From the NCBI RefSeq assembly GCF_006345805.1, contig NC_042998.1, forward strand, positions 45,074,001 through 45,138,000: a stretch of DNA of 64,000 nt, written 5' to 3'. The notes beneath the pieces are model-generated. The model saw only the letters and a list, made by a program, of their open reading frames with translations, was not told where the DNA came from and did not search any database. Numbering within the stretch: position 1 is the stretch's first letter; each line of letters opens with the position of its first letter. This DNA is from Octopus sinensis. Lineage: Eukaryota. Below are positions 24,216 to 35,950 of the stretch, in pieces. The position numbers and the translations under genes were made by a program.

Positions 24216-25369
24216 GTGAGAGAACAGTTTTTGAGTTCCACTTTTATGAATAATGCTTCACTGAAAGGCACTGCTCTTTCATCAATCCAATAAATCATTG
24301 AATAACTAAGTTAGCTTCTCGAGTCATGCTAACTCATAAGGGCCGATTTCCAGATTTCTATGGTGTATATATTCCCCACCTGGATAGAATGCTGGTCCAT
24401 TGCAGGGTTACTCATTTTTGCCAGCTGAGAGCACGTGAAATGAAGTGTTTTGCTCAAGAACACAATGCACCGCCCGGTCCAGGAACTGAAACCACAAACT
24501 CATGATTATGAGTCCAACACCCCTAACCACTAAGCCACATGCTCCCACTCATTGAATAACTGCAGACAACCAAAACTTCACCTGATTGCATGAGGGTTGA
24601 TTCATAAGAAATATCCACCTGAGTTTCATCCTATTATTTTTGTTAATTACTGCTAATTCTTATATTCTTTTACTTGTTCTAGTCCTCAGGTTGCAGTCAT
24701 GGTGAGGCATCATTGTTAATTTAATTTCCTATTTATAGCGTAGCTCATATCAAAACTACTCTTTATACTCAATCCAATTATAAAACTTCTATTCCAATTC
24801 TAATATATACACTCAGTTTGGTATAATCTTTCCATGTCTACAACATAGACACTACTAGATTGCATTAAATGACATCAATGTTAATTAGTCGCTAAGCCAC
24901 TGGAATTAACTGTCAATTAATTTCTGGAAATAATTTTAATGCTTCTACTTATTGTAATTGTACTACTTACTCAATGTTAATAATATTAATAATTGATAAA
25001 TTGTTCCCATAATTGTTAATAAAAACCATTTCAGTGTTGTTCCTAATGGTACCAGTTAGATATCGTCTCCACTAATTAATGGCAAGGAAGATTTGAGACT
25101 TGCAGTTTATATTAAGTTACATACAGTCGTGCCTACTTATATTAAGAATTTATATTAAGAATCTGCTTCCTAACTGCATGGTTTCAGGTTCAGTCTCACT
25201 GCATGCACCTGAGGCAAGTGTTTTCTACTATTGCCTCTTCAAACTGAACAAAGCTTTGTGAGTGGATTTGCTAGAACTGAAAGAACTCTGTGTGTGTATG
25301 TGTGTGTGTGTACATATATATATTATATATTATAGCAATTGATTGCTATAATAATATAATATAGAATTG

Positions 25370-25690
25370 TGAAGGTGCGTAGCTTAGTGGTTAGGGGCAT
25401 TCGGCTCATGATTGTAAGGTTGTGAGTTCAATTCTCGGTGGCGTGTTGTGTCCTTGAGCAAGACACTTTATTTAACGTTGCTCCAGTCTACTCAGCTGGC
25501 AAAAATGAGTTGTACCTATATTTCAAAGGGCCAGCCTTTTCACACTCTGTGTCACGCTGAATCTCCCCAAGAACTACATTAAGGGTACACGTGTTTGTGG
25601 AGTGCTCAGCCATTTACACATTAATTTCATGAGCAAGCTGTTCCATTGATCGTATCAGCTGGACCCTCGTCGTCACAACCAACGGAGTGC
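25370..25690 (+). mobile_element. tRNA-derived SINE with CTTGAGCAAGACACTTTATTT..GTTGCTCCAGT core
   Basis: tRNA-like head. Related copies at about 13440-13590, 24340-24550 (-), 44800-45080, 53360-53660 (-) and 59120-59260. Confidence 0.7.
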
Positions 25691-26929
25691 TCCTATATAT
25701 ATATATATATATACACACACACAGAAGGAGAAACAGAGAGAGAGAAAGACAGACAGACAGACAGATAGACAGACCTTTTGAGTGTTGGGTCTCGGGGCAA
25801 AGTGGCTTAGTTTCTTTTGAGTGTTGGGCATCACTGGGACAATGACTGAGACTTTTGACATTACATCATGCTTGACAAGAAAACCCATCAAGCCAAGCAA
25901 AATTGCAGTCATAGCAAACACTGGTGTCATGCAAATGGCACCCATGCCAGTGGCATGTAAAAAGCACCCATTACACTCTCAAAGTGGCTGGCTTTAGAAA
26001 GGGCATCCAGCCATAGAACACCATGCCAAATCAGACTGGAGTTTGGTACAGCCTTCTAGCTTACCAGCCCTGGACAAACCATCCAAACCATGCCAGCATG
26101 GACAACAGACATTAAATGATAATAATGATGTGTGTGTGTGCATATATATATATATATATATTTATGTTTCCGACGAAGAGCTCCGCTCGAAACGTCATAC
26201 CCTCCTTCTTCCCTTTTTCCTGAGCACCTAATAATAATACTTTAATTGTTCCACCTCCTTGTGTTGTTGTTTTTTCTGTTTTCTCGTTTGGATTAACCTT
26301 ATATATATATATAGAAAGAGAGACTGACAGATAGATGTGTATCTATGTATATGCGTATATGTTTGTATGTTCTTTTAGGGGTGTATGTTTGTGTGTATAT
26401 ATGTTTTTGCACGTGTGTATCTCAGGCACACAAATTGTGTCATTCATGTTCGATATTCCATGTCTGGCCAAGGGAAAGTATCACCTTGTTCAGAAACAGG
26501 TGGAGGCTGGGGCAACAGGGAAAGCATTCAGACAGAAAAATCTACCTCAGCAACTTCAGCTTGACTCAGACAAGCATGGGAAAGTGGATGCTAAAACAAT
26601 GACAATGCTAAAACAATGCCAATGATGCCGACAATATCAATACTTCCAACACCAATGACGACGATGACGCCAACAATGATGAAAACGACAATGACAAAAC
26701 AGTGATGATTCTCACATGTCTGGCTACAAGAAAATATTGACTTACTTGGAAACAGCTGAGAGTTGGTGACAGGAGGTGTATCAAGCCATACAAAATCTAT
26801 ATCAACAAAATTCCGTCTGATCCATGTGAGCATGGGAAAATGGATAATGTGAATAATGAAAATAATAATGAAATAAATAATAATAATAATGATAATAAAT
26901 TTCTAATATTAATTTTTTATTCTTTTCAG

Positions 26930-27020
26930 CTACTATGGAATGGAAAAGATCGAAAGAGGTCCAAAAGAAGTATTTGATACAGAAATACAGAAAGAATTAC
27001 TTGTCCTTGAAGAGCAAGAA
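26930..27020 (+). CDS. GARNL3: GARNL3-like exon, (N)YYGMEKIERGPKEVFDTEIQKELLVLEEQE
   Basis: Acceptor ttttcag|, donor |gtatgt, 91 nt, phase 2/0. LLVLEEQE motif. Confidence 0.95.
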
Positions 27021-27545
27021 GTATGTTTATATATGTATATATATCAATCAAACTAAAAAATTTATAAATTAATTATTCTCATTTACAGTTAACCATCATC
27101 ATCATTTACCATCCGCCTTCTATGCTGGTATGAGTGGGACTAATATTTGTGATAATTTCAGGTACAGGCATGGTTGTGTGGTTAAGAAACTTACTTTGCA
27201 ACTATGTGGCTTTGGGCTCAGTCCCACTGCACAGTACCTTGAGTAAGTGTCCTCGTCTATAGCTCTGGGCTTTGTAAGTGAACTTAGTAGACAGAAACTG
27301 TGTGGAAGCTAATTGTTGAGAGGATGTTGGTGTTGCCTTGGTGGAGGTTTGTGCTCTCTGAGTGCTCTTGTTATTATTATTATTCAATGTGTAAGCTAAT
27401 GAAGTTCATAATACAGTTTTTTTATTCCTTTGTCATCAGATTTTTTTTTATTACCACTTTGTACTCAACCAACACTTCATTCAGAAGAATATGCATATTG
27501 TGTTCTACACCAGGTTATTGTGTGTGTGTGTGTGTGTGTGTGTGC

Positions 27546-27601
<56 letters not shown>

Positions 27602-27626
27602 TGCATGTGTGTGTGTGAGTGTAAAG

Positions 27627-27868
27627 GATATGAGGGGTTCACTGGTGATCTAAACAAATAGGTAGGCTGAGTAAGTGTTATAATCAGTCATTCGTCAGGT
27701 TCCAAGTTCACAGCTGAAGCTGGAGTTAGGGATCCATCATTGGCTTCCAAATACGGATCCCTAACTCCAGCCTCAGCTGTGAACTTGGAACCTAACGAAT
27801 GACTGATTATAGCACTTACTCAGTAAACTTATTCATTTAGATCACCAGTGAACTAAAGCCCTCATATC
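27627..27868. repeat. Fold-back inverted repeat (about 109-bp arms, 19-nt loop)
   Basis: Left arm ends ...GGAGTTAGGGATCC at 27735 and right arm begins GGATCCCTAACTCC at 27755. Adjacent to (TA)n. Confidence 0.9.
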
Positions 27869-28430
27869 TTATATATATATATGAGTACAGACAGGTGTGT
27901 CTATGTGTGTGTGTTCGTGTGTGAGTGTGTGTGTGTGTGTGTGTGTCTGCATGCGTGCATGCCTGCATGTGTGGTATTTGTATGTGTACATATGTTTTTG
28001 ACAAGCTTCTGCGCAGCTTCTGTAGATCTAATTTTCTCACGTGCCGTATTGATCAACCTGAGGCTGTAAGCATAAGACAATTCTACCAAGATGCTATGCA
28101 GTGACATCAGACATCAAACCTTAAGAGCAAGTGCTTGCAAAGTGTGAAAACCTTTAATCAACACACCCATACCTGCCATTGTCTATTCCTGTTAATAGAA
28201 GAAAAGAGACAAGATGATATTAAAAATAAAAAAAGATAAATGCATAAAAAGAAACATTAATTTTGCAGATTTGCAAGGAAGGCAAATAAATCTAAAACAA
28301 AAATAAAAGCAAGGATGATGAAGTCGCAAATAAGAATCAACAATATTAAGGATGCTGCACTGAGTAAACAAGCCTTATTTTATCATTTTAAATGAATAGC
28401 ATGTATGTCAACACAGAACAAACTCAATCA

Positions 28431-28623
28431 CCTTACGGCCATATCACGTTGAAAGCACCGGTTCTCGTCCGATCACCGAAGTTAAGCAACATCGAGCCTA
28501 GTTAGTACTTAGATGGGTGACCGCTTGGGAAACCTAGGTGCTGTAAGCATTCCCTTCGTAATGGCGGTGCCCCAGCATGGCCACAGCTCGTGAGCTGAAA
28601 CTAGATAAAATAAAAAATAAAAA
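28431..28623 (+). mobile_element. 5S rRNA-headed SINE-like retroposon (SINE3-type): full-length 5S head plus about 70-nt SINE/LINE-type tail
   Basis: 28431-28549 is a complete 5S-like sequence with box A (AGTTAAGC) and box C (TAGATGGGTGACC). There is no T-run terminator. The tail GGCGGTGCCCCAGCATGGCCACAGC..GAGCTGAAACTAGATAAAATAAAAA resembles the tRNA-SINE tail found elsewhere in the window. Confidence 0.85.
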
Positions 28624-28775
28624 TATATATATATATATATAAGAGGTAATGGTGTCATTGAGACCCAAAGGTGTCAGGTAATGTTTAATAAGTGCTATAG
28701 ACAGACCATAGTTAAGTTCCAGGTTCGGTAATTTTCCGAATAAGGGGTTCAACGTTGGTCATATGTCAATGCGTG

Positions 28776-29076
28776 TATATAAGAATTTTTTGCGTAATGG
28801 GATAAAAAACCAAGGCTATGTAGATATTAGAACCTATATAGATAGAAGGTCTTACAGCTGTTTCCAGGATATTTATTAATTATATCCCTTCATCGGGATA
28901 TCCTATCATTTTGTATCCTATCTAAACTAACTATTACTTAACTATCCTCTCACACCGTCTCCAATGAAGGGGTATAATTAATAAATATCCTGGAAACAGC
29001 TGTAAGACCTTCTATCTATAAATATTCCAATATCCACACAGCCTTGGTTTTTTATCTCATTAAAAAATTCTTATAT
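28776..29076. repeat. Fold-back inverted repeat (about 118-bp arms, 64-nt spacer) with hammerhead-like motifs, TA-flanked
   Basis: Arms 28776-28896 and 28961-29076. Right arm: GTCT-CCAATGA-AGGGG..TCCTG-GAAAC-AGCT-GTA-AGAC. Confidence 0.88.
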
Positions 29077-29145
29077 ATATATATATATATATGACAAAGT
29101 GAAGATGTAAGGTACCGCATGAGTGGAAATATATATGTAAGAATT

Positions 29146-29278
29146 TTTGAAAATGCAATTTTAAAAGATGTTTATTCACTTGACCGGTTTCACTTTTTTA
29201 GAAAAAGATTCACAATCTTTTTCTAAAAAAGTGAAACCGGTCAAGTGAATAAACATCTTTTAAAATTGCATTTTCAAA
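29146..29278. repeat. Perfect palindrome, 63-bp arms, 7-nt loop
   Basis: 29146-29208 is the exact reverse complement of 29216-29278. Contains GAAACCGGTC. Confidence 0.95.
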
Positions 29279-29419
29279 CCTTCTTTCATATATATATATA
29301 TATCTAACATTTTAATATTTTGTTTAGGCATTGTGAGACTAATAACTTGATGTAGAACTCAATATACATATTTTTCTGAATGAAGTGTTAGTTGAGTTCA
29401 GATAGGTGTGTGTATGTGT

Positions 29420-29450
<31 letters not shown>

Positions 29451-30059
29451 CATGCATGCGTGTGTGTCTGCATATGTGGCATTTGTATGTATGCATATGT
29501 TTTTGACAAGCTTCAGTAGATCTAATTTTCTCACGTGTCGTATTGATCAACCTGAGGCTGTAAGCAGAAGACAGTTCTACCAAGATGCTATGCAGTGACA
29601 TCAGACATCAAACCTTAAGAGCAAGTGCTTGCAAAGTGTGAAAACCTTTAATCAACACACCCATACCTGTCATTGTCTATTCCTGTTAATAGAAGAAAAG
29701 AGACAAGATAATATTAAAAAAAAAACAAGATAAATGCATAAAAAGAAACATTAATTTTGCAGATTTGCAATGAAGGCAAATAAATCTAAAACAAAAATAA
29801 AAGCAAGGATGATGAAGTCGCAAATAAGAATCAACATTATTAAAGATGCTGCACTGAGTAAACAAGCCTTATTTTATCGTTTTAAATGAATAGCATGTAT
29901 GTCAACACAGAACAAACTCAATCACCTTCAAATGTCATTTCGGACTAAATTCAATATTCCATAAATCACGGAGCTAAGACTTACAAGTTAAAGACTCTAT
30001 TGATTGTATTAGACCTTCTGCTCAGAAATGCCAACTCAATGAATCCCTCTTTTCTTATC

Positions 30060-30074
30060 CTTCTCTCTCTCTCA

Positions 30075-30151
<77 letters not shown>

Positions 30152-30193
30152 CTATCTATCCATCTATCTATATATTTATCTATCCATCCAACC

Positions 30194-30243
<50 letters not shown>

Positions 30244-30341
30244 TTACCTATCCATCTATCTACCTATCCATCTATCTATCTATCTATCTTTCAGTCTACC
30301 TATCTATCCATCTAGCTATCAATCTACCAACCCATCTGTCT

Positions 30342-30382
<41 letters not shown>

Positions 30383-31222
30383 ACACACACACACACTCTT
30401 CCACTATCCATCCATCCATCTATCTATCTATCTATCTATCTATTTATCTGTCTATCTGTCTATCTATCTATTTATCTGTCTATCTGTCTATCTATCTATC
30501 TATCCATCTATCAATCTACCTACCTATCTGTATATATATCTATCAACTTATCCAGCTAGCTATTTATCCATCAATTTATCTATCTCATATATGTATGTTT
30601 GTATATTCTAGTTTTCAGTTACATAAATCTCGTTCATCACTCATCACTTTATTATCATAATTATTGTAATTGTTGCCTTAATCCTCATCACCACCACCAC
30701 CACCACCACACACCATTATCCCCACCACCCTCTTCATTATTTCCACCACCATTAGCACTACCATTGTAACCATCATCATTACCAGTACCACCATCATCAC
30801 ATCATCCTCATCATCATCATTATCATCATCACCATCACCATCACCACTATCATCACACCATCATCATCATCTTCGTCGTTGTTGTCGTTGTTGTCGTCAT
30901 CGTCGTCATCACCACCACCACAATCATAGCATCATCATCATCACCATCACCACCATCTTCACAACATCATCATTATTATCGTCTCTGTTGTCGTCATTGC
31001 GTTGCGGTCGTTATCATCATCATTATCATCATTATCAATAGTCATCAAAATCTTCCTTAACTTTAATGCCAGCATCATTACCATCACTCCACCACTGCCA
31101 CCATCACCACCATCACCCTCATCATAATCATCATCATCATTGCCATCACCATCAATCACTGAAATCTTCCTAACCTTCAGAATTAGCATCATCGTCCTCA
31201 TTGTCATCATTATCACCACCAC

Positions 31223-31265
<43 letters not shown>

Positions 31266-31285
31266 GTCATCATCATCATCATCAC
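30060..31285. repeat. Compound microsatellite block: (CT)n, (TCTA)n, (CAC/CAT)n
   Basis: Direct inspection. Confidence 0.9.
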
Positions 31286-33138
31286 TGTTCTTATGTCAGT
31301 TATTATTTTTCTCTTGAGTTGAATTAGTCTGCAAAATATTTTTAATCCAATATCATCTTATCTGTGAGAATTAACATTCTTGCATCAGATGTAAAACTAC
31401 TTCTTGTAAATTCTTCCGGACCAATCTCTACCATAGATTCATTTAACCTTTTTACTACTTATTTCTGTTGAAACGCATTGAAATACACTCTGTGTTCAAA
31501 TTCCACCACAGATGACTTTACCTTTCCTCTTCCCAGGGTCAATAAAATAAGATTAAGTTGAGCACTAAGATCTATGTATTTGACTAGCTTTCAGCCCTTA
31601 TACCTATAGTAGAAAGAGAAAAAAATATTGAAAATAGTGAAGAATTTAAAATAATTAGTTCGTTATTAAGTTGGTTTTTAAAGCAGTGAGCCAGTAGAAT
31701 CTTTAGAATGACAAGCAAAATTTTTAGCAAAATGTCCAGTTTTACATTCTGACTAAGATCGATTTTGACTTCCATCCTTTCACAGTCAATTAAAGAAGTA
31801 CTAGTTGAGAACTGGGGTCAATGTAATTGACTTACCCTTTCCCCTAAAATTGCTGGCCTTGTGCTAAAATTTGAAGCCAATATTTTGTCCAGTTTTATAT
31901 TCTGAATTCAAGCCCCACCAAGACTGACTTTGTCTTTCATCCTTTTCGGGATTGATAAAATAAGTACCAGTTGAGTGCTGGGGTCAATGTAATTGGCTAT
32001 TCTCTTCCCCTGACAAAAATTTCAGGTTTCATGCCTATGGTAGAAAGAAGAAGAGCTTAAAAGTTTTTACCAGTATTAAGATAGTGAATTAAGGTGGTAA
32101 GCTGGCAGAATCATTAGCACAACAGGCAAAATGCTTAGCAATATTTTCTCCAGCTTTACTCTGTGGGTTCAAATATCACAAAGATCAACTTGGCCTTTCA
32201 TCCTTTCAGGGTTGATAAAATAAATACCAGTTGAGCACTGGGGTCAATGTAATTGACTATCCCCATCCCCTGAAAAAATTTCAAGCCTTGTGCCTATACT
32301 AAAAAGGATTGTTAAGCTGATGCTTGAAACACAAATTAAAATGAAATTTTAATGAAAAGTTTAAATTCAAAGCACTTTAAAATGTAAAATTTGTATCACA
32401 TATCCCGGTTGGTCTGAGGTGGATTGGTATCAAAGGGTTAAAGTATAATAGTTTCTTATTTCTTTATTGCCCACAAGGGGTTAAACACAGACAAACGGAT
32501 TAAGTCGATTACATCGACCCCAGTGCGTAACTGGTACTTAATTTATTGACCCCGAAATGATGAAAAGCAAAGTCGACCTCAGCGGAATTTGAACTCAGAA
32601 CGAAATACCTATTTCTTTACTACCCACAAGGGGCTAAACACAGAGAGGACAAACAAGGACAGACAAACGGATTAAGTTGATTATATCGACTCCAGTTCAT
32701 AACTGGTACTTATTTAATCAAGCCCGAGAGGATAAAAGCAAAGTCGACCTCGACAGAATTTGAACTCAGAACCTAGTGGCAGACGAAATACCACTATGCA
32801 TTTCACCCGGCATGCTAACGTTTCTGCCAGTTTCTAATTGAGGCACAAAACCAGTAATTTTGAGGGGAGGGGACTAGTCAATACTATCAAACCCAGTACT
32901 TGCATGGTACTTTATTTTACTACTATCAAACCCAGTACTTGCATGGTACTTTATTTTACTGATGAATGGCAAAGTTGACCTTGGCAAGACCTCGACCCAG
33001 AATGTAAAGAGCTGCAAGAAATACAGTAAAGTAATACTAATGATTCTACCAATCTGCTGTCTAGTTTAAGGTATAATGTCTTTTATCAACAGTCTAATTC
33101 AGTATGAAACATTCAACATTTATGCTTTATTTCTTTAG

Positions 33139-33214
33139 GGTTCTGTCAATTTCAAATTCGGAGTGCTTTTTGCAAAAGATGGGCAAACATCAGATGATGA
33201 CATGTACTGTAATG
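33139..33214 (+). CDS. GARNL3: GARNL3-like exon, GSVNFKFGVLFAKDGQTSDDDMYCN (start of RapGAP domain)
   Basis: Acceptor ctttag|, donor |gtaagt, 76 nt, phase 0/1. FKFGV..KxGQ RapGAP motif. Confidence 0.96.
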
Positions 33215-33375
33215 GTAAGTTACATTTATTCTCTTTTGCAGTTGTTGTTGTTGTTGTTGTTGTTATTGTTAATGATTATGATGATGATGAGAAATATAGT
33301 GATTAGTTATTTGGCCTGTATCATTGCAGTCAGAACTTGTGGCTGTTTTCCTATGCACTCCATATTATACACACA

Positions 33376-33444
<69 letters not shown>

Positions 33445-33779
33445 CATATATATGTATACAGTATACCCTATATATATATATATACACATATCATCATCAT
33501 CATCGTCGTTCAACGTCTGTTTTCCATGCTAGCATGGGTTGGACAGTTCGACTGGGGTCTGGGAAGCCAGGAGGCTGCACCAGGCTCCAGTCTGATCTGA
33601 CAGTGTTTCTACAGCTGGATGCCCTTCCTAATGCCAACCACTCCGTGAGTGTAGTGGGTGCTTTTTATGTGCCACCAGCACAAGGGCCAGACGAGACTGG
33701 CAATGGTTGGTGCTTTTTATGTGCCACTGGCATGGAAGCCATCCAAGGTGGCGCTGGCATCAGCCACGTTTAGATGGTG

Positions 33780-33831
<52 letters not shown>

Positions 33832-33834
<3 letters not shown>

Positions 33835-34665
33835 GGTGCATTGGATAAATTGTTGCCATTTTATATTTTTGATTTCACACATGTGCATTGTTTCTTTTTG
33901 ATTTTGTCGATTACACAGTATGGTAGGGTCAGTTGGGTACCATCTGCAAGATGATGCAATTTACTCTGCCAAAAATTTTGAAAACATGCTGTACTGCTTG
34001 GCATTCACACCAGAAGCTCTGATACAAATATTTCATAGTGTTTGGGTGTCAATCTGAGGACATGTACCAAGAGTGATAAAAATCAAACATCCAGTCAACA
34101 TCATGGTGTTTAGAGTGATCACTAGTGATGGTGACGTTATGCCTCCATTCATCTTCCCACACGGCCTCAAACTCGACTCAGAGGCCTACATCAAGTGCCT
34201 GGAGGAGGTAGTGCTGCCCTGAGTCAAGAGGATGGCTGCTGGAGCACCCTATGTCTGGTAATAGGACTCTGCACCATGCCACACAAGCAGGAGAACCCAG
34301 TCATGGCTGTCAGACAATTTCTGCAACCACACTACCCCTAACATCTGGCCACCTAACTCCACAGACTGCAACCGACTTGATTATTATGTGTGGGGCGCAG
34401 TTGAGTAAGATACCAACAAAACTCCTTGTAACACCAAAAATGAAGTGAAGGCAAGGATTATGGCAGCATTCACCAACTTAAACAAGGAGATTCCAAAGTG
34501 GTCTGGAGGCCATGGTTGAAGCCAATGGCAATTTTTATTGAATAAATTTACTCTTTAGTATTTCCAGATATTTTAATGTAATTTTGGTAAATATATCTGT
34601 TAAAATGAGGTGTCAGTGTTATTTTCAATTTTGCGTAATTTAGACAATTTATTCACCGCACCATG
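33832..34665 (+). mobile_element. Internally deleted DD37D (maT-type) Tc1/mariner element, transposase pseudogene
   Basis: Ends TA|CAGGGTGC..GATAAATTGT and ACAATTTATTCACCGCACCATG|TA. Translation KHPVNIMVF..ITSDGDVMPPFIF...DSAPCHT...WPPNSTDCNRLDYYVWG has 37 residues between the last two Asp, with in-frame stops. Confidence 0.8.
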
Positions 34666-34814
34666 TATATATATATATATTATATATATACACACACACA
34701 CATACTTATACACACACACACACACACACTATAGATTTATATGTATGTATGTATAAATGTTTGTCTCTGTTATAACAAAAACAATTTTACGTTTTACATT
34801 AGGTAGCATTACAG

Positions 34815-35205
<391 letters not shown>

Positions 35206-35426
35206 TTTCTGAGGAATTCTCTGTTTGCCTATCAATAAGAAGCAAGCATTTTTTTCACATAGATATCTACATGCTGACAGTCATATTTTCCTTTCCTGTT
35301 ATTCTGATGTAATCTATTAAACAAACAAACACACACAGAGAGCAATAATCAGTGCACAGAAAATCAAACTACACCTGCTCACTGTTAGGGTTTGTGTGTG
35401 TAGCTATGCATGTGCATGTGTATGTA

Positions 35427-35950
35427 CAAGGTCTGATCAATAAGTATCCGGACTGTTGCCATAGTAACAAAGCTAAAGCACGCAGAGTGAAGCTGCTTGG
35501 CATAGATTGAACTTGAACTCTGCTGTGCCTGTGCACTTCGTTTTAATGTTCTAGTTCACTTCCACTATTTTCAGCAGTGATAGGAAGGAAGGTGTGTAGC
35601 ATGTGATTGTTGCATTGACAATGACAGAGAAAGTTGTTACGGCAATATCTGCTCGAGGCCTACACAAAGCTGCATAAAGTGTATAGAGAGGAGTGTATAA
35701 GCCACACATAAATGTACGAAAGGTTCAGACGTTTCCAAGATGGCCAAAAAAATGTCGATATTGATGAATATTCTAGGAGACCTGCAACCAGCAGAACTGA
35801 GAATAACATCATGAATGTGCACACAGCTGTGAGGGAAAATCCTCAAATCACCATCCTTGAGTTATCAGAGGATGTGCAGATTAGTTACAGTTCAGTTCAG
35901 GCCATTATCACTGAAGATTTGGGTATGAGACATGTGTCTTCCAAGTTTGT
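35427..35950 (+). mobile_element. mariner 5' fragment (left TIR plus HTH region)
   Basis: TA|CAAGGTCTGATCAATAAGTATCCGGAC TIR. Translation MYERFRRFQDGQKNVDIDEYSRRPATS...IITEDLGMRHVSSKFV. Confidence 0.8.

Larger units (their letters stand above)
27882..29928. repeat. Local direct duplication: 27882-28434 and 29393-29928 (about 540 bp, roughly 90-95% identical by eye)
   Basis: Both copies begin TGAGT(A/T)CAGA(C/T)AGGTGTGT and end ACAGAACAAACTCAATCACCTT. Confidence 0.92.

Noticed and set aside
28431-28549. Functional 5S rRNA gene
   Set aside because: It is a single intronic copy with several substitutions and no oligo-T terminator, and it is fused to a SINE-type tail. It is better explained as a retroposon.
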